Assembly: GCF_006345805.1 (NCBI RefSeq)
Contig: NC_043006.1
Span: 49,786,001 to 49,850,000 of the forward strand
Direction of reading: 5' to 3'
DNA: 64,000 bases
From: Octopus sinensis
Lineage: Eukaryota
The first letter of the stretch is position 1; the number at the start of each line of letters is the position of its first letter. A program made the position numbers and the translations under genes. The notes beneath the pieces are model-generated. The model worked only from the letters and a program-made list of their open reading frames with translations, was not told the DNA's origin and made no database searches. Shown here piece by piece: positions 51,842 to 64,000 of the stretch.

Positions 51842-52960
51842 TTATAATTATACATGATTATGTGTTGTGTATGTGTGTTTGTATTTAAATGTATATATTT
51901 CTTCATTTGTATATGTATATCAATTTATTTATATACTGATAACTAAAAATACATTTGCTCTTTATTATTATTTTTTATTCATTTTGATAAAATTTTTTCC
52001 ATGTGTTATATAGAAATTTAATAGGATTTACGAACATTAAACTGGAGATAATTTTGACCTGTCAACATATAGACGAATTTCATTTGATAGCTTTCAACAT
52101 CGTAGTTTTCATATTGTTCTTTATATAGCGTAATTGATCTGTACATAAGTTTGCATGAATATCTAAGTATGTATAGATGTATATATATATATGCATGTTT
52201 TCTTTTTTTTTTAATTCAGAGTTAAATTTGACCGTTTACCTGCTTGTCAGCAAGGATATGAAGAGAAAGATAGTTTTGTTCATTATCTTTTAAATCTTAA
52301 GAAGCTGTTGCAGATATTTATTTCCCCAGATACCGTGATCATTTGTAGCGTATGAATTAAGGAATTTTATTGTATTCCAAGAATTCAAGTTCAGCTATAG
52401 CTTGATCCAGGCGAGTTGCTTCGTATCCTGTTGCACCAATAATAATAGGTAGGTATGAAACTGAAAGCGTATCTTCGGTACTAGGTTTCACAACACCTTA
52501 TCAATGGTCAACAGACGTTTTCATTTTTTTTTCTAACCACCTGATTTCCACAAGAAAGTATATTTTTCTCGTTGTCTCAATCAACAATATGTGGCCGGCA
52601 GTGTTTCAACTTAGGAGCTGTTCTACCAACATCATGTAAACCCATTCCTCTATGAAGTGGAGTTATTCTGTTGGCCCGTAAAGCAATCGACCAAACAACT
52701 TTTCCTTTCGAACTCGTGAAGCTTTTCTTATTTTATAAAAAACTTCTTCATCGTATCTAGTTTATGATATAATTTATTGCTTTGAAAGGCACTGAAATCT
52801 CAATGATGTATTATTGTTATGAAATTCATCGAACTTTTGAACTTTTACCATTTCCTAAGACAGTGAAATTCATTGAATATTCGAATATTCATAAATATTT
52901 GCCTTTTTTAAGCATATTTTATCGTTATGGAATTTTCTACCGTTCTTATACTTTCCTTTA
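51045..52960. repeat. Diverged ~120 bp inverted repeats (51045-51163 / 52836-52960)
   Basis: AGGAAATGGTAAAAGTTCAAA vs TTTGAACTTTTACCATTTCCT; GATAAAATATGCTT vs AAGCATATTTTATC. Confidence 0.75.
52290..52810 (-). mobile_element. Old R4/Dong-like RLE remnant
   Basis: Frameshifted KHCRPHIV, FSFIP..IIGATGY, ITVSGEINICNSFLRF, parallel to 13850-14200. Confidence 0.6.
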
Positions 52961-53734
52961 AACTTTTATCTTTTTTTTATTATTTACTATTAAAAAAAAA
53001 ATGCAGTTAGGAAATCGGTATACTATTTTAATAAATTTGCAAAAAATTTAAGAACTATAATTCGTTTTAAGATTTTATATGCACACACAACTTCAAAGCG
53101 AATTACCCTATATTCTTACTTCCATGAAAGTAAACCTGTATGAATGTAGTTATAAAAGATATGCAAAGCTCGTCCAGTTATTGGTTACCTGATGTCAGTA
53201 GCATACATTGGAAATACTCTTGAAACTAGCTATGCATCAGTATCCATAGAGATTACATATTAACATATCTGATATTATTAAAAGCCAATTACCAACAATT
53301 GAAATGACACATGATTTTGGAAATGCATTCTCACGCTGAGTGAAATGAAGATAGCAGCTAACGAAGAACTAATTTAAGCAAAAACCTGACGAATCACATT
53401 TTACACCTTGGATGTATGATAATGATTACACATCTCACCAATGTACTACAGGTGTAAAGATATGTCGTAACAATTTTTGTAAAATTGAGTAAAAGTTGTC
53501 GTTCTTTCCATTTTCTATCAGTTATTATGTCTGTTTATCTGTCTGTTTGTATGTATGTATGTATGTATGTATGTATGTATGTATGTATGTATGTATGTAT
53601 GTATGTATGTATGTATGTATGCATCCTTGCATGCATGTATGTATGTATGTATGTTTATATATATATGTATGTACATAGCACATCTATCTATCCAGCTATC
53701 AGTCAGTTTATATGAGTGTATGTGTGTGTGTGTT

Positions 53735-53943
53735 TGTATGTTTCTGTCTATGTTTGTCGCCAACCACCACCACCACCACTTGACAATAGTGTTAGTGTGT
53801 TTACGTCCCCGTAACCAAGCGGATAGAATAAATACCAGGGATTAGATAAAAGTTGGTACCGAAGTTGATTTATTCGACTAAAAATTCTTCAAAGCAGTGC
53901 CTCATCATGGCTGCAGTCTAATGATTGAAACAAGTAAAAGATA

Positions 53944-53950
<7 letters not shown>
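53735..53950 (+). mobile_element. Diverged SINE family A tail half
   Basis: GTGTGTTTACGTCCCCGTAAC...TGAAACAAGTAAAAG. Confidence 0.75.
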
Positions 53951-54025
<75 letters not shown>

Positions 54026-54967
54026 CATATATATATACATATACATATATATATACATTTAGACATATATATATACATGTGTGTGTGTGTGCATACATAC
54101 ATACATACATACATAAATATATGCATACATACATACGTATGTATGTATTTACATATGTATGGCATTGTATATTGTATTGCGACAACATAATGTATCGCAT
54201 AGGGAGGTAGTATATTGATGACATTTTGAGGCAGTTGCCAGTCACATGTGTGATGGCTTCCACAGAAATATGACATAATCTACATTTTGGGTTGCATCGT
54301 GCAACTCCAAGGACTTCACTGTCTCTTTTCTTTACTAGATATTTAGATATTTATTAGATATTTTGCAAATGTACCGCCATCGAAGTGCAATGTGATGTAG
54401 CGGTCACGCGTACAAGAGAGTTTCGTTTCATGTCAATGTTACTGTCTTCTTCAAGCCTTCAGAAAAAATACCCATGCATAGTCTCTTTTTAGTATGCTGA
54501 GCGCTTCACTTCCAGATTTTCTTTGAGGTATGACTTGGCGTTGTATGGGAGTTCGTGAGGAAGAGATTGCTTCCGAAGGAGCTTGGTTCCTACACGTAAC
54601 ATATTGTCTTCTTCACTTTACAACCCTAAGTTAATGTATTTATTTTTGCTGCTGTTGTTTAGCAAAAGCTGTCTGTAAGAGACTATGTGACATTCAAAGA
54701 TTGTTTGCACCGATCTCAAGCCTCTATCTCCTTTATTTCCTCTTAGATAGAGCCTGTCGATATCGCTATTTCTGTGGCGAAATTTGTTGAAATCTCTTTT
54801 CAGTAAGTCTAATTTTGATATTTCACAAATTGCTATTAAGAACTATTATAGGCCAATAACTGTTTATCTTTTGCGATGTATGTGTGATAAAGATGTCTAT
54901 CTTTTTGCGAACTTTAATCGCTAGGCATATCACTAATGCTATTCAGATTGAAAGATATAAATACGTA

Positions 54968-55182
54968 ATCTTTTATCTTTTGCTTGTTTCAGTCATATGA
55001 CTGCGGCCATGCTGAGGCACCGCCTTGAATGGCTTTAATCGAACGAATCAACCATAGTACTTATTTTTCTGATTGACCCGGGTCTATAGAAGACAGTTGT
55101 TTAAGGTGCCGTGTAATGGGACTGAAACCCGAAACCACGTGGTTTTTAAAACGAGTTTCTTAACCACACATCTATACCCGCA
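54968..55182 (-). mobile_element. SINE family A with internal deletion
   Basis: Tail joined directly to degenerate head. Confidence 0.7.
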
Positions 55183-56534
55183 CATGAAAAAAATTATAAA
55201 GACTAAACTATTGGATAAAAATGTTCTGTAATAAGCCATTTTGATGTCACAATGGAAGCCTACGAAGTCCGTATGGAATTATTCTTACTTAATCTATAAA
55301 ACAGGACTCCCCTATTTGAATGAGATGCTTCAATTGAAATGTCAGGAATTTAGTTTTTCAACTCGGTTTACTGATAGACTTAAACATTTATACCATTTTT
55401 TAGGCATCTTGAGTTTAATATTAATTCTTGTACTAGCTTTGCTATCGTTATACTTTCAGAGTAGTTCTGAATAATTCGGCGAACCTTAATGAAATGCTAA
55501 GTTACATTCACCCGCCTAATATCTGAATTATCTTATTAAAATATTTTACTTTTATTATCAACACTCACTGTTAAGAAGCATATTTTAATGAATCGTCTAA
55601 TTATTGTAATGAAGCTTTTATATATAATTATTGTAAAGAGATTTTTAAAAAAAATGAATATCAAAAATATCAGAACATCCCATCATATGACTAGAATACA
55701 TATCTCTTGGTTCAATATTCCGTTTAATTAAGAAGTTGCCTCCTCCATATCTAGTTTTTAAATCTTATACACCGAAACATTTTCATTAGAACATAAGTAT
55801 TACAATTTTTTTTCCTATAACCATCATCACGATTTCATACTAGACATAGTTAAACCTTGCTTCTTCAAACCTTCATCTATCTAATTTACTTAATAATTAT
55901 AATTATATAGCCTGTGTCTATATATGACTCTCTCTATATACATATAAGGGTATGAAGGTAAGAGATGTGGGTACATACAGTTGCATGAATATACCTTCTG
56001 TAGACGCTTTTACCTGATTTATTTACTATCATCCAGGCCTCTATTTTTTCTTATTAATCTAGCCTGTGTTTTTTATCACATTTGATGACTCTTTACATTC
56101 TTCATCCATAGGCTTTAAAGTGTGGTCGTCTCAGCCTAACCGACACTTTTCTCTTACGTACACTTCCACGTGAATACACACACATATATCGCAAATATGT
56201 CTGAAAATCATATAGATTGATTTATGGTAGAGTAAAAAAATCTCTGAATCTAATTAAGGAGGGCAGACACTAGTCACGATGACTTGATAAAACAAACTTC
56301 AAAAAGAAAATAATTACCATCATAAGATTCCTCACTAATTGCAAAAAATATATAAACACACAGAATTTAGAGACTTACATATAGGTATATACCAATGTAA
56401 ATGTACGTCTACTATATCCGTAGGCATGCGTATGCGTATATGCACACGCATACATATATACACATGTCTATATAAAGAAACGTTTACATTCAAATACATA
56501 CAGGGAAACACACACGCACACACACATCATGCGC

Positions 56535-56567
<33 letters not shown>

Positions 56568-56881
56568 TGTATGTATGTATGTATGTATGTTGTATGTATG
56601 TATGTATGTATGTATGTATGTATGTAGGTAGGTAGGCATATATGTAGGTATATATATATATATTTATATACATATATTTATGTATATATATATATATAAT
56701 ATATATATATATATGTATGTATATATATATATATATTTATATTCATATTCATATATAGCTAGCATACTCAGACCATGCCTATATTCAAATAGATATAAGC
56801 ATATAACATGCCAATTCCAACATGCATTATGTAAACATAATTACACACAGACGCACGCCCACACTCACACACACACACTCC

Positions 56882-56933
<52 letters not shown>

Positions 56934-57688
56934 CGTGCATACCATACATTCATACATACACATACTTTATAGATAGATAGGCACACACTTAAATACATAT
57001 GCATATAGACATACACACACGGCTAGTTATTACGTTTATCTATATGAAAAGATGTAGCTACATAAAGATCTCAACGAATTCATTTATACATATATGCATA
57101 TATCTTTTCCACCATTTCAAGGAGGAAATACAAATAAAGCATATTATTCATTAGATGAGTCTGTCATTAAATTTTACTTAGCTAAACATTAGATCTAAAG
57201 GAATAATCACGATGACAGAGTAATATTAAAGTATTTTTGAAAATGCAGTGTCCAATAAATTTTCGTCATATGTGTACAAGCCCAAGAATTTCGCGGGCGC
57301 TGAATTCCTAATATTCTGTTCATTCTAGTTTGAATTTGTTGGCTTTAGACTTTAGCTCATATAATAATGTAAAGTGCATTAATTTAGGGTTATAAAATAG
57401 TATCTTTTTTCCACCTATCTTTTAAAAAGAAATTTATTGTAAGACGTACAGGATACCTATTTCCATTACAGGTCAGGAGATTATAGCAAGAAATATATTT
57501 TCTAAGCAATTCATATTTAAAGGATGCTCGCTGACAATGCAGTTACAGATAATGTACTTCTTATTAGCTGGACTAGTAGAAGGCAATGTTATATAAGTTA
57601 GGGATGCAGTGGCATGATAATTTTGCGTATTCCCATGGCTCGTAGATTTGTTCTTTGTGTAGGTATAATTCTTATCATCACATTAATG

Positions 57689-58478
57689 GAGGCGGCGACG
57701 AACTGACTGGAAGGTTAGCACACCGGACAAAATACTTAGTGGCATTTCGTCCGTCTTTACGTTCTGAGTTCAAATTCGGCAGAGGTCGATTTTGTCTTTC
57801 ATCCTTTCAGGGTTGGTCGATAACATAAGTACCAGTTGAGCTCCGGGATCGATGTAAACGACTAGCCCCATCTTCCAAAATTTTAGGCCTTGTGTCCGTA
57901 GTAAAAAGAATCATTATTGCAATAATGGCGAGCCTACAAAATTGTTAGCACGCCGGATAAAATGCTTAATAGCATTTCGCTGGTCTTTACCGTGAGGTTG
58001 ATTTTACCCTTCATTTTTTCGGGGTCAATAAAGTAAATACATTCAAGTATAATCGACTAGCACCTTCCCACAAATTGCTAGCCTTGTGTCAAAATTAGAA
58101 ATAATTATTATTACAATAATAGAACTCTTGCTAGTGTACCTATTATCTAAATTATCCGCGATCCTTGGAACCTGACCAGTATACATAAAGGTCACTCAAG
58201 AAGGTCTCATTTGTTATGATTTGTTGGGTTGCTGTTAATATTATTTTTAAGGACAAAAGTGATGAACTGGCAGAATCGTTAGCATGCTGGACAAAATGCT
58301 TAGTGGCATTACGTCCGTCTTAACGTTCTGAGTTCAAATTCCGCCGATGCCGACATCCCTTTCATCCTTTCGGAATCGATAAAATAAGTACCAGTTGAGC
58401 ACTGGGGTCGATGTAATCGACTAGCCTCATCTCTCGCCCCAAAATAAGGCCCTGTGCCTGTAGCCGAACGGATTATTA
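57689..58478 (+). mobile_element. Three diverged same-orientation SINE family B copies (~57689-57915, 57926-58110, 58258-58478)
   Basis: GTTAGCA..CCGGA.AAAATGCTTAG, TTCATCCTTTC...GTCGATAA...AAGTACCAG, ATT-rich tails. Confidence 0.8.
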
Positions 58479-59141
58479 TTATTGCTGTTGTTGCCCCTCG
58501 TATGATTTCATTTTTATACTTCTATTATTAGTGGCATTACAAGTTGCGGTTTAAAATATATTTAGCATATATTGTAAGACTCAACAGTTACATTTTCCTT
58601 GAATACACTTCTTTGTATTCATCTAAATTAATACTAGAATGATCAGCCTATCTTCCTTTAGTAAATAGTTCAATCTTAGTACTCATATTTTCCTTTGAAA
58701 CCAATTTCATTGATAAACCTATTATTTACTTTTATATTTCTTTTGATTCTTTGACATTTCATTATTATTATTATTTTTTTTTTACCTTATTGTATTTATC
58801 TACTGGTTCTTTCTCTGAATCTGCATTGATCTATGGTCATTGCTCCCTTAAATCAAATCATAACTGATATATTCTGATTACATCTATCGCCTGCGGAGAT
58901 ATGCGTAGAATCAGCTTGTCCTTTGAAGAAGAGTTAATGCTTTGGTCTACCATGAATACTTCATAAGATTAATTTGTTAGTTTACTTTCAAGCATATTTG
59001 TATATATGGATGCATGCACGCATATATATTCATATGTAAATTTTGTATACACGCAAATGTTGATGTAATATTCATTATAAAAGAATAAGATTATAAAACA
59101 GCTGTAAGGGAATAAGTATCAATTCTTTCATCTCTGTTCTA

Positions 59142-59178
<37 letters not shown>

Positions 59179-59311
59179 CGTAAAAAGTAAAAGAGTCAAA
59201 AGGAAGAGTTAGGCATCTTTTTAATCACTACAAATGCTTGGGAATAGTGAACGAGCTCCATTTGTATTCTTATACGTTCTTAACAGAACACACCTCAACT
59301 ATATATATATA

Positions 59312-59539
59312 TCTTTACTCTTTTACTTGTTACAGTCATTTGGCTGCGGTCATGCTGGAGCACCGCCTTTAGTCGAGCAAATCGACCCCAGGATTTATTC
59401 TTTGTAAGCCTAGTACTTATTCTATCGGTCTCTTTTGCCGAACCGCTAATGTTCAGGGGACGTAAATACACCAGTATCGGTTGTCAAGTGGTGTTGGGGG
59501 GACAAGCACAGACACACAAACATATATATACACACACGC

Positions 59540-59600
<61 letters not shown>

Positions 59601-60837
59601 AATAACATATAATAATAAAAAAATATATGCATATATACATACTATATGTACATACTTACATCTACATGTATATATACAAGCATATATATATATGAGTACA
59701 GGACACCACAAATAAACGTAGAACGAGAAACGAAAACAAAATCAAACAAGGAAACGGACTTTTTTAACAACGAAAAAACAGATTACAGGATAAACAATAC
59801 AAGGAAAATTCCCCTTCATCAGCTGTTCCTGGTTCGGCTCAATGCGTGTTTCGAAGGTAAGGACAGAACACGGCCAGCCCGAAGAAGTCCTTCCTGCAAA
59901 AGGAATTAAATATAATTCTTTTGCAGAGGGGTAAAACGAGTGACAAGAACAGGACAATGAACAACCAAAAGGGCTTTTTTTAGGCCTAGACGGTGGAAAA
60001 ATTACTTAGAACGCATGTGAAAAATCGGCTTGCAGAGAGACAGGGAAGTCGGTCTATGCTTGTGGAAGGCACGGAGCTGAAAGAAAGTTTTTAGTAGTGC
60101 TCTGGTCAACGAACCAGAGAGGAGGAGAGAGAGAGAGAAAGAGGGGGGGAAAGAAACCAGAAAGGGTGAAAAATAAGAAGGAGAGAGGCAAGTAGAGAGG
60201 AAGACAGACAGGCAGGGAGGAAAGGTGAAGTAAAGAGCAAGAGTGCGCGTCATGATTATTCAAATAAAAACTTACTTGGAGGAGCGAAACGAAGAGAAAC
60301 GACGCGTGCGTTCGGTTATATAATAACAATATAATAAATAAATAAAATATATGCATATATACATACATATATGTACATACTTACATCTACATGTATATAT
60401 ACAAGCATATATATATATATATATATATATGAGTACAGGACACCACAAATAAACGTAGAACGAGAAATGAAAACAAAATCACACAAGGAAACGGACTTTT
60501 TTTAACAACGAAAAAACAGAGTACAGGACAAACAATACAAGGAAAATTCCCCTTCATCAGCTGTCCTCATATATATATATATGCTTGTATATATACATGT
60601 AGATGTAAGTATGTACATATATGTATGTATATATGCATATATTTTATTTATTTATTATATTGTTATTATATGACCGAACGCACGCGTCGTTTCTCTTCGT
60701 TTCGCTCCTCCAAGTAAGTTTTTATTTGAATAATCATGACGCGCACTCTTACTCTTTACTTCACCTTTCCTCCCTGCCTGTCTGTCTTCCTCTCTACTTG
60801 CCTCTCTCCTTCTTATTTTTCCCTTTCTGGTTTCTTT

Positions 60838-60874
<37 letters not shown>

Positions 60875-61707
60875 CTCCTCCTCTCTGGTTCGTTGACCAG
60901 AACGTGACCAAAAACTTTCTTTCAGCTCCATGCCTTCCACAAGCATAGACCAACTTCCCTGTCTCTCCGCAAGCCGATTTTTCACATGCGTTCTAAGTAA
61001 TTTTTCCACCGTCTAGGCCTAAAAAAAGCCCTTTTGTTTGTTCGTTGTCCTGTTATTCCTTATTTGTACTGTTTTTTCTACTGTCTTTTCTTCATTTGTA
61101 TTGCTTTTACGTCCTGTTCTTGTCACTCGTTTTACCCCTCTGCAAAAGCATTTTATTTAATTCCTTTTGCAGGAAGGACTTCTTCGGCCTGGCCGTGTTC
61201 TGTCCTTACCTTCGAAACACGCATTGAGCCGAACCAGGGACAGCTGATGAAGGGGAATTTTCCTTGTATTGTTTATCCTGTACACTGTTTTTTCGTTGTT
61301 AAAAAAAGTTCGTTTCCTTATTTGATTTTGTTTTCGTTTCTCGTTCTACGTTTATTTGTGGTGTCCTGTACTTATATATATATATATATATGTTTGTATA
61401 TATACATGTAGATGTAAGTATGTACATATATGTATGTATATATGCATATATTTTATTTATTTATTATATTGTTATTATATGACCGAACGCACGCGTCGTT
61501 TCTCTTCGTTTCGCTTCTCCAAGTAAGTTTATATATATATACATATATACGACGGGCTTCTTTCAGTTTCCGTCTACCAAATCCACCCACAAGGCTTTGA
61601 TCGGCCCGAGGCTATAGTAGAAGACACTTGCCCAATGTGCCACGCAGTGGGACTGAATCCAGATCCATGTGGTTGGTAAGCAAGCTACTTACCACATAGC
61701 CACGGCT
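59312..61707 (-). mobile_element. SINE family A split by a ~2 kb insertion in its internal (TA)n
   Basis: Tail half 59312-59540, head half 61549-61707. Confidence 0.88.
59600..61531. repeat. Tandem-then-inverted array of a ~0.75-0.8 kb non-coding element
   Basis: Minus-strand units 59600-60566 (GAGTACAGGACACC at ~59694 and ~60431); orientation flips at ~60567; plus-strand units 60568-61531 (TTGTATATATACATGTAGATG at ~60585 and ~61394). Confidence 0.9.
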
Positions 61708-62029
61708 GTCAACTCGTGAATGTGTATTACCATCACCGACAATTTACCTGGCAAATTATGTTAACTTAATTGTTAAAGAATAATACTGCCATCAATGCCC
61801 GTACTGAGACAAAACAGCTGTACGACACCTCTGAAACTGTCTCACCGACAAAGTCAGGGAGTCCAGAAACAAGCAAGAGTAAGATCTGCGACTTTGCAAT
61901 GAGGTTGCTATTATTTCGGAATTTCCATCTCGAAGAGAACACAGTGGGGGCATAATACAAAGTAGAGCTTTTCTTTTGGGGAAGAAGAAGAGAAAAAAAG
62001 TGGGTCGAATTTCGATTAAAAGGGATCAT

Positions 62030-63132
62030 GGAATAAAAGCCGATCAATAGGGATCGTGTATCACAGAAATGTCAATGTAAAAAGCGAAAATAGATTAGGT
62101 TTATCAGTGGAAAGAAAAGCCTACGTAAAAATGACCACGGTAACCTTGGGCAATAATGTCATGCAAAAAAAAACACATTACAGTAAGTGACTCTTTTTCT
62201 TTCTTTTTTTTGGTTCATAGGATTATGCTCAAGCTGGCTCCGTCATTCACACGTGCCATCCTTGCTATAGTCACCCATCTTTTTTTGAAACATTCACTAG
62301 ACGAAGCTTCCTTCTTTACTCTCACCTTCCTCTTCAAGTGATACTTGAAGAAGTTGATGAGAGATTGACCAGAGAGGAAAGTGTCTATCTCTAAACCTTT
62401 CAGACGCGTCCACCATACACATTCTTTCGCCATAGCCACAAGTACGATGAAAATGGCTCTTCCTTCCCGTTTCAAGAAAGGAGGCACGACAACATTCACG
62501 ATAGACTCAGTTGATAAACCAACTCGTTCCACACGTGATAGCAGTCGTTCGACATAGGCCCACAGGTCAGAAATGGTTGGACACTGTACAAGTGCGTGCA
62601 GGATGGTTTCATCTCTCAGACCGCATCTCGGGCAGGTCGGCCCCGTGTTTCTCGAGTCATAACTGTAGAGCTTATCCCGAACGGATAGTGCTTCTCGATA
62701 GCACTGCCAGGCCAGGGATCTCTGGAAGTTGTCCATAGGTCCCGGCTCGAAAATCATCTTGAACAGGTGAGTCAGGTATTCCTCGTCGACGCCCAGGTTC
62801 GACCCGAGATCGTCGTCGTACCTCCCCTCCGCGAATCCCCTATAGAATGCTTTGGTTGTGTTAAAGTCGCTCAAGGTTGACCCGGAACGGCACAGTTGCT
62901 TGAGAGCAACGCGATACTCGCGGTACCATTCGCCCTTCCTCGGCCTCTTTTTGATCCACGACTGCAGTTCGGTCATGGAGACGAGCTGCGGGAAAACGCG
63001 ATTCACAAATGGCAACGACACCTGTTCACCGTCTTCTACGTAGAGCCGGAGATGTCGCAGTCTCAGCGCGTGTCTGCGCATCATCAACCACGGCATGCCC
63101 AGTCCTCCTTTTAACGGGTGTTGGCAGCAAAT
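62030..63132 (-). mobile_element. Tx1/L1-clade LINE 3' end (zf-RVT-like region)
   Basis: ORF 62215-63150: KGGLGMP...SLAWQCYREALSVRDKL...CPRCGLRDETILHALVQCP...AKECVWWTR; N-terminal residues come from the flanking microsatellite. Confidence 0.85.
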
Positions 63133-63520
63133 GTACATATATATATACATACATACATATACATTCTCTGAAACAAAATATTACTGCTAGCACGGTTCCA
63201 CGTTTATACACACACTTATTTTGTAATATAAGGCTGCTTCCAGTGCGTTCAATAATTAAATTCTCCCCTGGCTAGCTTTTGTGTGAACCGGTATATGTTT
63301 TGTTTACAGCTTTCTATATTGGAACAAGCATTTTTGTGGCTTAACTCAGAACGTCCAGAGTATACGTCATTGAAAAAACCAAATCAGAACGAAATACCGT
63401 GCATAGCGAGCGATCCGACTTTTATACAAAAATCTCTGAGAAATTTCTCTTTAACAAAATATTGCATCTAATGAGGTTCCACGCATGCGTGCAAATATTT
63501 TGTGTATGCACACCAATACA

Positions 63521-63718
<198 letters not shown>

Positions 63719-64000
63719 CATATTGTTTTATACCAAATGCTATTTTATATGTGGTTCTCAAGTTAAATATTCTTTTAAGAGTTCTTTTCTCGGTCTGAGA
63801 ATGATGTACCGAAAATAAAATATCACAATGTTATATATAGTTCACAATATTACGTGGACCTAAAAGATGAATATTAACAAAAGCAGTATCATATACAAGT
63901 TTTTTAAGTGCCACCATCTGGACATTTTTGTGAATATCATAGACAAAACACTATCATAGACATAACAACAATGAAGAAGAACTATGACGGGTAAAAACTT

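Overview
AT-rich, microsatellite-saturated eukaryotic (animal) DNA with one 100-N scaffold gap (14978-15077). I found no host protein-coding exon; almost all ORFs in the track are microsatellite or SINE read-throughs. The SINE and LINE repertoire and the dense (TA)n/(TACA)n/(TAGA)n tracts suggest an octopus or other coleoid cephalopod intron or intergenic region (inference). Content: about 18 copies or fragments of one tRNA-derived SINE, two other SINE families, two inverted copies of a CR1-group LINE whose 3' stem-loop tail matches the main SINE, and remnants of R4/Dong, RTE, Tx1/L1 and Penelope retroelements, Tc1/mariner/Tigger transposons and Helitrons. The most interesting layer is non-coding and sits inside (TA)n tracts: (i) several hammerhead-ribozyme motifs and fold-back palindromes; (ii) a covarying structured motif (P1 multiloop, ACCACU, hairpin) shared by diverged repeats and lying downstream of a hammerhead in one of them; (iii) a ~0.75-0.8 kb tandem non-coding element carrying all three hammerhead core strands in a non-canonical order. 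All structures and alignments were read by eye and are untested.
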